A stretch of 64,000 nt of DNA from an uncultured Clostridia bacterium (lineage in GTDB: Bacteria; Bacillota; Clostridia; Christensenellales; Aristaeellaceae), in assembly GCA_934647305.1 (NCBI GenBank), contig CAKUFI010000003.1:7915-71914 (forward strand), given 5' to 3'. Below the pieces are notes generated by a model, which worked only from the letters and a program-made list of their open reading frames with translations, made no database searches and was not told the origin of the DNA. This document shows, one piece after another, positions 7,763-17,246 of this stretch. The number at the start of each line of letters is the position of its first letter. Position 1 is the stretch's first letter. The position numbers and the translations under genes were made by a program.

Positions 7763-9946
7763 GAGAAGACAAACATCAGACGGCGGCGGCCGTTTTACGA
7801 TCTGTTTCTAAAGATGACGCTGATTTTACTGATTCCGCTGACGCTGATCCTGAGCATCTTCACCTACGCGCTGGAAAAGGTCGTCCTCAGGGACTATGAG
7901 GTCATGAACACCCAGATGATCGACGAGGTCAGCCGGAGCATCGACCAGAGCGTATCCTCGCAGATCAACATGGCCTACTCCCTGCGCATGCTCGACTCGC
8001 TCAAGCAGCTATCCGCCAACCTGCTGGAGAATACCGTCGAGGTGCAGAAGGCCTACCGGGAGCTGCGCAGCATCCTGGCGTGCAGCATCTACAACGACCT
8101 GGCCGAGACGGTGGCCGTGTACTTTCCGGAGCAGAACCGCGTGGTCTCGACCGACGGCTCGGTCTCCCTCGCTTCCGATTTTTATACGCGCTACGTCGGC
8201 TATGAGCAGATGACGGACGACGAGTTCTATTCGCTCGTGGAGAGCACGAAGGGACATTGCTACCTGCCTGCCGCTTATGCCTCGGCCGTGTTCAAGCCGA
8301 GCCGGGACATCGTGACCTACATCCAGCCCATCCAGCTTGGGTACCTCGCCCCGCGCGCCTGCTACCTGGCCGTCATCACCGGGGAGACGCTCACCCGGCG
8401 CGTGCTGGGCAGCTTCGAGGGAGGCGCGCAGTTCCGCCTGATCGACGAGAGCGGCGCGGAGCTGTACCGCTCGGCGGAAGTTCAGGACGGCTGGAGCGCC
8501 AAAGAGGCCTCCGGAAGCGTCCGGGACGCCGACCGGGTCAAGTATCGCGTGTTCACGCCCGAGACGCTCTCCTGCGGACTGCGGCTGGTGTTCTACGTGC
8601 CCGAGTCGGCGGTCATGCGCTCGATCAACCGGTTCGTGCTGATCTGCATCCTGGCGATGGCGGCGTGCGTGATCGTGGGACTGATCCTGGCCGACCGGCT
8701 GACCTGGCAGCTGTACACCCCCTACCGCGAGCTGCTGACCACCTCCTTCCCGGAGGGACTGCAGGGCGAGACCCCCAGCATGGGCGAGGGCTTCCGCCTG
8801 ATCGCCGGGCGCATGCTCGAAACCCAGCAGATGAATTCCCGCTTCCAGCAGGAGCTGCAGACCTACTTCACCGCCGCCCGCGACAACGCGCTGATCAACC
8901 TGATGATCCGCTGCGCCTATCTCTCCGACGAGGAGCTCTCCGAGGCGGCCGAGCTGTGCAAGCTGCCGGTGAGCTACTATTCCTACCAGCTGGCCCTGTT
9001 CAAGTCACCCACCGCCGACTTCGAGCTGCCCGAAGCCAACGCGGAGGCCGACGAGGACGCCGTGCTGCTGACCGCGCGCCTGTCCGGCCGGCAGTTCGTC
9101 GCCATCGCCGCGCGCGCCGGAAAGGACGCGCCCGACCCGCTCGAGGGACTGATTGCCCAGTCCGGAGGCGCCTTCCGCGTGGGCAAAAGCCGGGTGCACG
9201 GCAGCATCCGCGACCTGGGGCGCTGCATCAGCGAGGCCGACGCCGCCTTCCGCGCCGAAAAAGCGCCCGCCAGGGCGACGGACAGCCTGTACTACCCCAT
9301 CGAGCGCGAGCTGCAGCTGATCGCCGCCACGCGAGACGGCCTATACCCGGACGTGAGCCGGCTGCTGACCGACATTCGCGACTACAACCTCGCCGCCGCG
9401 CCCGGGGACGAAGCGCGGGAAGCCGACCTGTACGGCCGTCTGTGCGTGACCGCGCTCAAGGCCATCGAGCAGACGCCGGCCGAGCTGCGCGCCTCGCTCG
9501 AGGAGGAGGCGAAACGCCTGCAGGCGAGCCGGCTGACCGGCGAGGCGCGGTTCCGCGAGATTCTCTCCTTCTACGAGCGGCTGTGCGGCGCGACCTCGAA
9601 CGACATCCACCAGAAAAACCAGGCGGTCATCGAAAACGTGCGCGAATACCTGAACGAAAACTATCCGGATCCCACGCTCTGCCTGGACAGCGTGGCCGAG
9701 CACCTGGGCGTGTCCTACTACTTCCTGTCGCGCATTTTCAAGAGCGAGACCAACCAGTCGTTCTCCGACCTGCTGGGCGACGTGCGCGTCTACCGGGCGA
9801 TGGAGCTGCTGCGCACCACTGCGCTGCCCGTGCAGGAGGTCTGCGCTCAGGTCGGCTATACCAACTGGTCCACCTTCCTGCGCGCCTTCCGCAAGCGCGC
9901 GGGCACCACGCCGCTTCAGTACCGCAATCTCTTCGGCGCGAAGTGA
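7763..9946 (+). CDS. Membrane-anchored one-component regulator: two TM segments flanking an extracytoplasmic sensor domain, with C-terminal AraC-family HTH
   Basis: C-terminal ...YYFLSRIFKSETNQSFSDLLGDVRVYRAMELLRTTALPVQEVCAQVGYTNWSTFLRAFRKRAGTTPLQYR is an AraC HTH. Hydrophobic segments at aa ~20-45 and ~300-325. GAAGGAG SD before ATG 7763; track ORF starts at an upstream GTG. Confidence 0.75.
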   Translation, partial: EKTNIRRRRPFYDLFLKMTLILLIPLTLILSIFTYALEKVVLRDYEVMNTQMIDEVSRSIDQSVSSQINMAYSLRMLDSLKQLSANLLENTVEVQKAYRELRSILACSIYNDLAETVAVYFPEQNRVVSTDGSVSLASDFYTRYVGYEQMTDDEFYSLVESTKGHCYLPAAYASAVFKPSRDIVTYIQPIQLGYLAPRACYLAVITGETLTRRVLGSFEGGAQFRLIDESGAELYRSAEVQDGWSAKEASGSVRDADRVKYRVFTPETLSCGLRLVFYVPESAVMRSINRFVLICILAMAACVIVGLILADRLTWQLYTPYRELLTTSFPEGLQGETPSMGEGFRLIAGRMLETQQMNSRFQQELQTYFTAARDNALINLMIRCAYLSDEELSEAAELCKLPVSYYSYQLALFKSPTADFELPEANAEADEDAVLLTARLSGRQFVAIAARAGKDAPDPLEGLIAQSGGAFRVGKSRVHGSIRDLGRCISEADAAFRAEKAPARATDSLYYPIERELQLIAATRDGLYPDVSRLLTDIRDYNLAAAPGDEAREADLYGRLCVTALKAIEQTPAELRASLEEEAKRLQASRLTGEARFREILSFYERLCGATSNDIHQKNQAVIENVREYLNENYPDPTLCLDSVAEHLGVSYYFLSRIFKSETNQSFSDLLGDVRVYRAMELLRTTALPVQEVCAQVGYTNWSTFLRAFRKRAGTTPLQYRNLFGAK

Positions 9947-9956
9947 GGCGCGGGAT

Positions 9957-9998
9957 AAAACATCGCTCCCTGACAGACCTGTCAGGGAGCGATGTTTC
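9957..9998. terminator. Bidirectional terminator, perfect 18-bp inverted repeat AACATCGCTCCCTGACAG / CTGTCAGGGAGCGATGTT flanked by A/T runs
   Basis: Located between convergent genes (ends at 9946 and 10015). Confidence 0.6.
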
Positions 9999-10014
9999 GG
10001 AGGGAGGAGGCGGA

Positions 10015-12060
10015 TCAGAGCCTGGCCGCGGTCGCGGTTTCGGGGGCGACGGTCACCTCGATCATCTGGCCATCGTCTGCGGTGATGCGGGTAGTCTGGG
10101 CCTGGTCGGTGTAATTCCACAGAGTGAAGCCCAGTTCGTTTTTCGCATTGCGCCAGCCCTTGACCAGCACGCAGGGGTTGGAGGCGGTGAAGCCGTCGGT
10201 ATCGACAAAGCGACCCTCGTGCACGAACTCGGCGTACTCGGTGGAGACGGCGTTGAGCTGCTTGAGGTAGGCGGCGTAGCTGGGGATGTCCTTAAGGGAA
10301 CCGCAGCAGCGCCAGATGGTCATGTCGAAGCGCAGGCCGAGCAGGAAGGAGTAGCCGGCGTAAGCACGGTAATGATTCTCGTCCTCGCCGCACTCGCGGT
10401 TGGTCATGACCAGCTCGGGGAAGGTGTAGCGGTACATCTCGCGCAGGGTCGAGTCCTGCTTCCACGCGTCGGGATTCTCCTTATAGGAAGCGGGATCCAT
10501 ATAGCGCCGTTCCGGATGGGTGGCGTGGCCCTGAGCGACGTCCATGCTCATGCCGTAGATATCGACGTTGTGCTCCATCAGGATGACCTTGTCCTCGCCG
10601 TAGCTCCTGACCACCCTGCGCAGCTCGGCGAACAGGCGCGCCTTGCTTTCATTGGCCTGAGAAGGCTTTTTATGGGTGTGGTTCTTGGCGTAGCAGAAGA
10701 AGGGCTCCAGGCCGCCCAGGTCGTAGAGCACGCCGTCCGCGCCCATCTCCATGCACTGCCGGGCCGCCCAGATCATCTTTTTCTGCCACAGCTCGCTGCC
10801 CGGGCAGGCGCGGTACATGGGCATGGGCGGGTTGCCGATCTTGCGGTAGGTGCCCTCGCCGCAGTAGGTTTCGGCAAAGGGAATGTCCAGACCCCAGATC
10901 GACTTCATGGTCGCCTCGGCGCCACCCTCCTTGAGGTAGAAGTCGCTGCGGTAGTCGATCAGCGAGTAGCTCAGGAACATGAGCACCCTGCCGCCCTTTT
11001 TGTGCACGTACTCGATGCCCTCGCGCAGCTTTCCCTCGCCGCCCATGCGGTCATCGACGATATAGTCGGGCCACATCCGGGCAAAGCCGCCCTTTTCCCA
11101 GCCCAGCAGGAACAGCGTGTTAAAGCCGTTTTCCTCCAGCTCGTCGTACAGCGCGGGGATCTGGCTATAGTCCCAGTTGATTTCACAGTGGTGCTGCTTC
11201 ATGATGACGCGCAGCCAGCCCTTGAAATCCTGGCACCACTTGGGGCGGTCGGGCGCGATAAAGCCGCCCTTTTCGTCCATCCAGGCGCGGTACATCTTCG
11301 CGCCGGCGTGCCAGTCGCCCAGGTGGGGCCTGAACACCAGCGGCGCGCCCGTCCAGCACTCGCCTTTTTCCAGCATTGGATAGCGGATGAAGCCCATCCT
11401 CAGCAGGTTGAGCTTCACGTCGCGCTCGACGTGCAGGCACAGCGCCTGATGATCCGCGTCCTCGGATGCGCAGTACAGGCCCTCTCCTTCATTATACCAG
11501 TCGTACCACTGCATCGAGCAGCGGCCGTAGAGCGCGTCCATGTCGGTGTGGAACTGGTCGTGCCGCTCGTACTTGCGGAAGCCCGCGTAGGTGGACAGGT
11601 CGTTATAGGCGGGATTTTTGACCTTTTTGCCCAGGTCGTCCGGCCAGGCGATGTAGTCGTTTTCCGGCGTGCCGGACAGCGAGCGCATGCCGGCCGCGGG
11701 GGTCAGCTGCAGCTCGATCAGCTTGGCCTGGTCGTCATGATTTTCGGCCTCGGCCACGACAGTCAGACCCTCGTCGGTCATCGCAAAATGCAGCCTGAGC
11801 AGGAAATTCACCCGGCGGCCGTCGCCCTGCAGCGAGTCGTAAGTCAGGGTGAAGCCGTTTTCCTCGTCGGTGCGGGTAAAGGCCTGGCCCTGCGCCCAGA
11901 TCGGGATCTCGACGCGCTCGGTGCCCTCGGAATAGATGATCTTCCAGATTTCCGCCGGTTCATAGACGTATTCGTGGCAGGTCAGCCGGTTATAGACCGA
12001 GACCACCTGGCCGTGCTCATTGATCGCGTAGCGCATGGTTTTGCCCTGCAGTGTCTTCAT
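10015..12060 (-). CDS. Large uncharacterised putative glycoside hydrolase (DUF6259-like, TIM-barrel type), paralog 1
   Basis: 681 aa, no signal peptide, AAGGAGG SD. Shares blocks with 24131..25996 (YP.LEKGE, NT...GWxxGG, GG.V..Y..). Confidence 0.55.
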   Translation of the reverse strand: MKTLQGKTMRYAINEHGQVVSVYNRLTCHEYVYEPAEIWKIIYSEGTERVEIPIWAQGQAFTRTDEENGFTLTYDSLQGDGRRVNFLLRLHFAMTDEGLTVVAEAENHDDQAKLIELQLTPAAGMRSLSGTPENDYIAWPDDLGKKVKNPAYNDLSTYAGFRKYERHDQFHTDMDALYGRCSMQWYDWYNEGEGLYCASEDADHQALCLHVERDVKLNLLRMGFIRYPMLEKGECWTGAPLVFRPHLGDWHAGAKMYRAWMDEKGGFIAPDRPKWCQDFKGWLRVIMKQHHCEINWDYSQIPALYDELEENGFNTLFLLGWEKGGFARMWPDYIVDDRMGGEGKLREGIEYVHKKGGRVLMFLSYSLIDYRSDFYLKEGGAEATMKSIWGLDIPFAETYCGEGTYRKIGNPPMPMYRACPGSELWQKKMIWAARQCMEMGADGVLYDLGGLEPFFCYAKNHTHKKPSQANESKARLFAELRRVVRSYGEDKVILMEHNVDIYGMSMDVAQGHATHPERRYMDPASYKENPDAWKQDSTLREMYRYTFPELVMTNRECGEDENHYRAYAGYSFLLGLRFDMTIWRCCGSLKDIPSYAAYLKQLNAVSTEYAEFVHEGRFVDTDGFTASNPCVLVKGWRNAKNELGFTLWNYTDQAQTTRITADDGQMIEVTVAPETATAARL

Positions 12061-12178
12061 GTCGTCCTCCTTGTGCTCCGTTGATTCTGTGTCCCTATTT
12101 TAACCCAGTCTGGCACAAAAAGCAAGTGGAATCCGAAATAATTCAGCAGAAAAATTTTCGGATTTTGAAAGTTTTTTG

Positions 12179-12207
12179 TTGCACTTTCGGCCGGGCTGTG
12201 GTATAGT
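12179..12207 (+). promoter_or_regulatory. Promoter TTGCAC-17-TGgTATAGT for the isomerase-family gene; upstream 9-bp inverted repeat AATCCGAAA-N18-TTTCGGATT (12130-12165) as candidate operator
   Basis: Sequence inspection. AGGAGGA SD then ATG at 12245. Confidence 0.35.
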
Positions 12208-12244
12208 ATTTGCAGAAAACTTTCACTTCAGGAGGATACATGCT

Positions 12245-13675
12245 ATGCTGGATATTAAACGCAAGCCGAAGATGGGTCTGTTCCTGCTCGCGCCCGAGCG
12301 CTTCACCAAGCTGGGCGAAGGCACCGCGCGCGGCTCCTACTTCGAGCGCAAGCAGCACGAGGCCGAGTGGATGGTCGAGTCCTGCAAGACCATCGCCGAC
12401 GTGACCTTCACCGGCGTGACCTACAACGCAAACGACGTGCGCCGCGCCATCGACGCGTTCGTCAGCGCGAAGGTGGACTACGTGCTGGCCATCTACCTGT
12501 CCTGGGCCGAGGACTTCCACTGGATTCGCTTCCTGCGCGACATGCCCCCCTGCCCCATCCTGTTCATGCACCGCATGCGCGATGAGATCGTGCTGGGCGA
12601 CACCCACGATGACGATGAGTTCGCCGAGTACCTGTGCTGCGGCGGCCTGGTCGGCTCTCTCGAGGCCAGCGGCTCCGCGACCCGCTTTAACCGCCCGATG
12701 ATGGCCCGCGCCATCGGTACGTGGGACGACGTGATCAGGCGCGCAAAGACCTTCGGCAACGCCGCCCGCGCCCGCGCCCTGCTCAAGGACGGCACGTTCG
12801 GCCTGCTGGCCAGCTTCAACGAGGTCATGTGGAGCACCTACGTCGATCCCTACTCCGTGTTCCAGAAGCTGGGCCCGGAGCTGCGCTTCCTGTCGATCGC
12901 CGAGCTAACCGAATACATCGAGGCAGTCTCCGTCGAGGAAGCCACCGCCGTCAAGAACGAAATCGCCTCCAAGTACGAGGTGCTGCCCAACGTGGACGAC
13001 GTGAAGTTCCTGGCCTCCGTGCGCGCGACGATGGGCATGGAGCGCATGGCCGAGGCGTATAACCTCGACCTGCTGGTGCTCAACGACATCGACACGATGA
13101 TGTTCAAGTACGTCGGCCTGCGCCCCGGCTTCTGGCCCACCCCCGCCTGCAAGGGCACGATGGTGGTGCCCGAGGGCGACGTGGGCAGCGGCGTGGCCTG
13201 CTACCTGCTTAAGCTGCTGACCGGCAATCAGGTCAACTACATCGAGCCCTTCCACATCGACAAGCCCACTGACACCTTCGAGGGCGGCCATGCCGGCCCC
13301 AACGACTACACCGACCCGCGCGGCAAGTGCAAGATTTCCTCCGACGTGCGCTTCGCCAAGACCAAGTGGAAGTACGCCGGCGCACCGTTTGCCTGGTACA
13401 CCTTCCCGGCCGGCGAAAAGACCATGCTGCACTGCTCGCAGCAGACCGGCAAGTTCCAGCTGGTCTCCACCCGCATCGAGGCGCTGCCCACTGAGCATCA
13501 CCTGGCCACCTACTCTCACAGCCGCTTCCGCCCGATCGGCCAGACCTGCGAGGAGCTGTTCGGCAAGCTGCTCAACGTCGGCGTGACCCAGCACTACGGC
13601 ATCGTCGACGGCGACTGCCAGGCCGCCCTGCGCGACTTCGCCATGATGATGGACTTCGACTACACTGAGGTGTAA
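12245..13675 (+). CDS. Putative sugar isomerase (L-arabinose/L-fucose isomerase family-like)
   Basis: ~477 aa cytoplasmic protein in glycan-utilisation context. Family assignment from general architecture only. Confidence 0.4.
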   Translation: MLDIKRKPKMGLFLLAPERFTKLGEGTARGSYFERKQHEAEWMVESCKTIADVTFTGVTYNANDVRRAIDAFVSAKVDYVLAIYLSWAEDFHWIRFLRDMPPCPILFMHRMRDEIVLGDTHDDDEFAEYLCCGGLVGSLEASGSATRFNRPMMARAIGTWDDVIRRAKTFGNAARARALLKDGTFGLLASFNEVMWSTYVDPYSVFQKLGPELRFLSIAELTEYIEAVSVEEATAVKNEIASKYEVLPNVDDVKFLASVRATMGMERMAEAYNLDLLVLNDIDTMMFKYVGLRPGFWPTPACKGTMVVPEGDVGSGVACYLLKLLTGNQVNYIEPFHIDKPTDTFEGGHAGPNDYTDPRGKCKISSDVRFAKTKWKYAGAPFAWYTFPAGEKTMLHCSQQTGKFQLVSTRIEALPTEHHLATYSHSRFRPIGQTCEELFGKLLNVGVTQHYGIVDGDCQAALRDFAMMMDFDYTEV

Positions 13676-13774
13676 TCTTCGACCCCGTGCCGGAGAGGGA
13701 CGCTCTCCCTCCCCGGCGTTTTTCTGCATTCCAATGACAGCAGGCGCATGTCGCCTGCCGAAAGGAGTCAAGCT

Positions 13775-15586
13775 ATGGATTATCAGGAGTATCGCAGGCG
13801 CGTTTGGGGCTGCTACACCGGCAAGGCGGTGGGCGGCACGCTGGGCATGCCGTTTGAGGGCGACCTGTCCACGCGACGCCTGACCGGCTACGAGCCCGAG
13901 CCGACCAAGATGCTGCCCAACGACGACCTCGACCTGCAGATCATCGACCTGGAGATCGTGCGCAGGTACGGCCTGCCGGTCAACCGGTATCACCTCTCGA
14001 CGATGTGGAATCACCTGCAGGACGCCGGCCCGGACGAGTACGGCGCGGCGCGCTGGAACGTGGCGCTGGGGCGGCTGGCTCCGCTGTCGGGCTATTTCTG
14101 CAACAAGTTTTACGCGGGCATGGGCGCGGCGATCCGCAGCGAGCTGTGGGCCTGCCTGGCTCCGGGCGATCCGGAGCTGGCGGTGCGGCTGGCGCGCGAG
14201 GACGCCTGCACCGACCATTACGCCGACGGCCTGCACGCCTGCCTGTTCCTGACCGCGGTGGAGAGCGCCGCGTTCGTGGAGAGCGACCTGCATAAGCTCG
14301 TGGATACCGGGCTACGCTTCCTGCCCGAGGACTGCCGCCTGGCCAGGGGGCTGCGGGACAGCTTCTCCTACTGGGCGGAGACGCGCGACCCCTACGCCGC
14401 CCGCGAGCTGCTGCTGCGCGACTATTACGTGCAGAACTGGACGGACGTGACCATCAACCTGTGCCTGATTCTGATCTCCTGGCTGGCCTCGGAGGGCGAC
14501 TTCAGCCGCGCCATCTGCATTGCGGCCGGCCTGGGCTACGACACCGACTGCACCGCCGCCACGCTGGGCTCGATCATGGGCATCATTCACCCGGAGGCGA
14601 TTGCCGAGAGATGGCTGCGGCCGATCGGGGACAGGCTGGTGCTTTCCTCGAGCATCATGGGCCTGCATGAGCCGGAGACCATCGGCGAGTTCAGCGACCT
14701 GGTGGCCGCGACGGCGGTGGAGGTGCTCAATTACTACGGCTCGACGGTGTGCCTGACCGGCCTGCCAGTGGAAAAGCTGCCGCCCATGCACGCGCCCTGG
14801 ACGAGCGACACGCGCGCCGCGGACGAGATGGACTGCCCGCACGAATCGCTGCTGGCCGTCACCCCGCTGTGCGCGCGGCTGATCTATCCCGAGGAGGTAT
14901 CGCTCGCGCCGAAGACCGAGGGCGTGTTCCGCCTGGCGCTGCGCAATCCCTGCGATCAGCCCCTGCGCGGCCGCTTCACCCTGAGCGTGCCGGAGGGCTG
15001 GCTGGTCGAGCCGAAGAGCTTCGACTTCGCCATCTCCCCCGCGCAGAGCGAGCAGTTCTGCTTCTGCGTCGTGCCGGGCGAGATGGCCAAGCGACGCGCG
15101 CGCAGCAACCCCATCGACTTTGACTTTACGCTGGAAAGCGGCGTGCGCTTCAGCGTGACGGGCGATTTGCCCGTGACCATCCCGTGGCTGCGCACCAACC
15201 TGGACACCGGCAAAACGGAGGTCGTCGAGGCGCACGCGGTGTTCCAGGCGGTGCCCGAGGGACACTACCTGTACAGAACCGCGCTCAAGGCCAATGTGAA
15301 CATGCCGGTAAAGCTGGGCGCGATGTCCGAGCGCGCGCTGAAGGTTCGCATGAACGGCGAAGAGGTGCTCGTCACCGACGGCAGCTTCTACGTGCCCGCC
15401 TATCACCGCGGCAAGACCACCGTCGACCTGACCACCATCAAGGGACACGGCGGCTGGAACCAGGTCGAAATCGAGGTGCTGCCCGGCGCGCCCGGCGAGC
15501 TCTTCTTCGGCCTGGCCCGCCCGCACAACTGCTGCGAATGGCTCCAGGGCGCCGAGTACAGTCTCGCGCCGCTGGGGGAACGGTAG
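13775..15586 (+). CDS. ADP-ribosylglycohydrolase family protein with ~300-aa C-terminal extension
   Basis: N-terminal GKAVGGTLGMPFEG and later GYDTDCTAATLGSIMG motifs of the ARH/DraG fold. AAAGGAG SD before ATG 13775. Confidence 0.7.
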   Translation: MDYQEYRRRVWGCYTGKAVGGTLGMPFEGDLSTRRLTGYEPEPTKMLPNDDLDLQIIDLEIVRRYGLPVNRYHLSTMWNHLQDAGPDEYGAARWNVALGRLAPLSGYFCNKFYAGMGAAIRSELWACLAPGDPELAVRLAREDACTDHYADGLHACLFLTAVESAAFVESDLHKLVDTGLRFLPEDCRLARGLRDSFSYWAETRDPYAARELLLRDYYVQNWTDVTINLCLILISWLASEGDFSRAICIAAGLGYDTDCTAATLGSIMGIIHPEAIAERWLRPIGDRLVLSSSIMGLHEPETIGEFSDLVAATAVEVLNYYGSTVCLTGLPVEKLPPMHAPWTSDTRAADEMDCPHESLLAVTPLCARLIYPEEVSLAPKTEGVFRLALRNPCDQPLRGRFTLSVPEGWLVEPKSFDFAISPAQSEQFCFCVVPGEMAKRRARSNPIDFDFTLESGVRFSVTGDLPVTIPWLRTNLDTGKTEVVEAHAVFQAVPEGHYLYRTALKANVNMPVKLGAMSERALKVRMNGEEVLVTDGSFYVPAYHRGKTTVDLTTIKGHGGWNQVEIEVLPGAPGELFFGLARPHNCCEWLQGAEYSLAPLGER

Positions 15587-15587
15587 G

Positions 15588-15650
15588 GGCTACGCTGGGG
15601 AGGCCGCCTTTTTGACCGGGCAGTGCCCGGACCCACTTGCTGCCGCCAAT
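15588..15650. repeat. Family A repeat unit (GGGGAGGCCGCCTTTTTGACCGGGCAGTGCCCGGACCCACTTGCTGCCGCC) immediately after the stop codon
   Basis: Near-identical copy at 47176-47240 after the yfcE-like gene. Confidence 0.6.
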
Positions 15651-15808
15651 CCACTCGACACGCGGTTCATTGGCGCGGCATACGAGGCCGCATGGCTCTT
15701 TGCCTCTCCCCAAACCCCTCACGAAAAGCACTATGATCCACGAAATGGAAAAGATAAGAGAAATGTGGGTCTCCGAATGAAATGTTGGAGTAACGGAGGA
15801 TTGAAAGC

Positions 15809-17221
15809 ATGGAACGACTGAAGAAAATCGGCGCGGTCGCGCCCAAGTGCGCGTCCGAAATCCGCGAAAGCCGCCTGGGTATCGGCTTTGAGAAGCTCGA
15901 CCGCAACGTGTTCGACCCCGAAAAGGCCTACGACAAGCTGAGCAAAATCGGCGTGAAGCTGGTGCGCATCCAGTCCGGCTGGCAGCGCACCGAGCGGCAG
16001 GAGGGCGTGTACGACTTTTCCTGGATCGACTCGATCGTGGACAACCTGATCGCGCGCGGCATGGAGCCGTGGATCGACCTGTGCTACGGAAACGACCTGT
16101 ACACCGAGATGGCCAAGACCGTGTTCGGCGCGGTCGGCTGCCCGCCCATCTTCAGCGAGCGCGAGAAGAAGGCCTGGCACGACTACGTGGTCGCGCTGGT
16201 GACCCACTTCAGGGGACGCGTGAAGTGGTACGAAATCTGGAATGAGCCGGACGGCCGCCACTGCTGGAAGCACGGCGTGAACGCGACCGAAACCGCCTAT
16301 TTTAACATCGACACGGCCAGGGCGATCAAGGAGGCCGACCCCGAGGCCAAAGCCATCGGCGGCACGCTGTGCGGCATCCGCCTGGACTACTTCAACGAGA
16401 TGTTCGAGGCGGGCATGGCCGACTATGTGGACGCGGTGTCCTTCCACCGGTATCGCGCCAACGAGCTGGACTCCGTGAAGGAAATCAGGGCGCTGCGCGC
16501 GCTGATCAACCGCTACAACCCCAAGGTGGAGATCATCCAGGGCGAATCGGGCACGCAGTCCTCGTCGAAGGGTGCGGGCGCGCTGCGCGGCGGCGCGTGG
16601 ACCGAGCGCAAGCAGGCCAAGTATCTGCTGCGCCAGCGCGTGGCCGACCTGTCCAGCGAAGTGACCTTCACCTCGCACTTCACCTGCGTGGACATGATCG
16701 AGGCGCTCAACGGCACCGTGGGCGACAAGGCGAGCTACCTGGACTACGGCTACTTCGGCGTGCTGCGCGCGGACTTTGACGAGAACGGCTTCTCGACCGG
16801 CGACTACTCTCCCAAGCAGGCCTACTTCGCCTATCAGACGCTGTGCGCGCTGTTCTCGGACAACGCGCGGCCGCTGGAGCTGCCCATCTTCCGCTCCTGG
16901 CGCGACTCGAAGCGCCTGTTCGGAACCGACTATCAGGGCGACGCGCTGATGACCGCCGGCTTTGAGAAGGACGGCGCGTATGCCTTCTGCTACTGGTACG
17001 CGGCCGACCTGATGACCACCGACTACGAGGGCACGGAGACCTTCAAGGTCGCCTCGCTGCCCGGCCCGATCCGCCTGATCGACCCGATGGACGGCAGCAT
17101 TTACGAGGTGCCCGAGAGCATGATCGAGGTGCAGGAGAAGGGCCACGGCACGGGCCTGACGCTGCTGAACCTGCCGCTCAGGGACTATCCGCTGATCCTG
17201 ACCTTTGGCGATTTCAAATAA
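15809..17221 (+). CDS. Glycoside hydrolase, clan GH-A (GH39/GH5-like; WEIWNEPD acid/base motif)
   Basis: NEP motif in KWYEIWNEPDG. No signal peptide. GGAGGA SD. Confidence 0.65.
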   Translation: MERLKKIGAVAPKCASEIRESRLGIGFEKLDRNVFDPEKAYDKLSKIGVKLVRIQSGWQRTERQEGVYDFSWIDSIVDNLIARGMEPWIDLCYGNDLYTEMAKTVFGAVGCPPIFSEREKKAWHDYVVALVTHFRGRVKWYEIWNEPDGRHCWKHGVNATETAYFNIDTARAIKEADPEAKAIGGTLCGIRLDYFNEMFEAGMADYVDAVSFHRYRANELDSVKEIRALRALINRYNPKVEIIQGESGTQSSSKGAGALRGGAWTERKQAKYLLRQRVADLSSEVTFTSHFTCVDMIEALNGTVGDKASYLDYGYFGVLRADFDENGFSTGDYSPKQAYFAYQTLCALFSDNARPLELPIFRSWRDSKRLFGTDYQGDALMTAGFEKDGAYAFCYWYAADLMTTDYEGTETFKVASLPGPIRLIDPMDGSIYEVPESMIEVQEKGHGTGLTLLNLPLRDYPLILTFGDFK

Positions 17222-17246
17222 CGACCGCAATCCTGAGGAGGATATT

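Noticed and set aside
8257-12084. 1275-aa plus-strand ORF
   Set aside because: Spans and overlaps the AraC-sensor gene (same strand, other frame) and is antisense to the DUF6259-like gene. R/P/G-rich junk.
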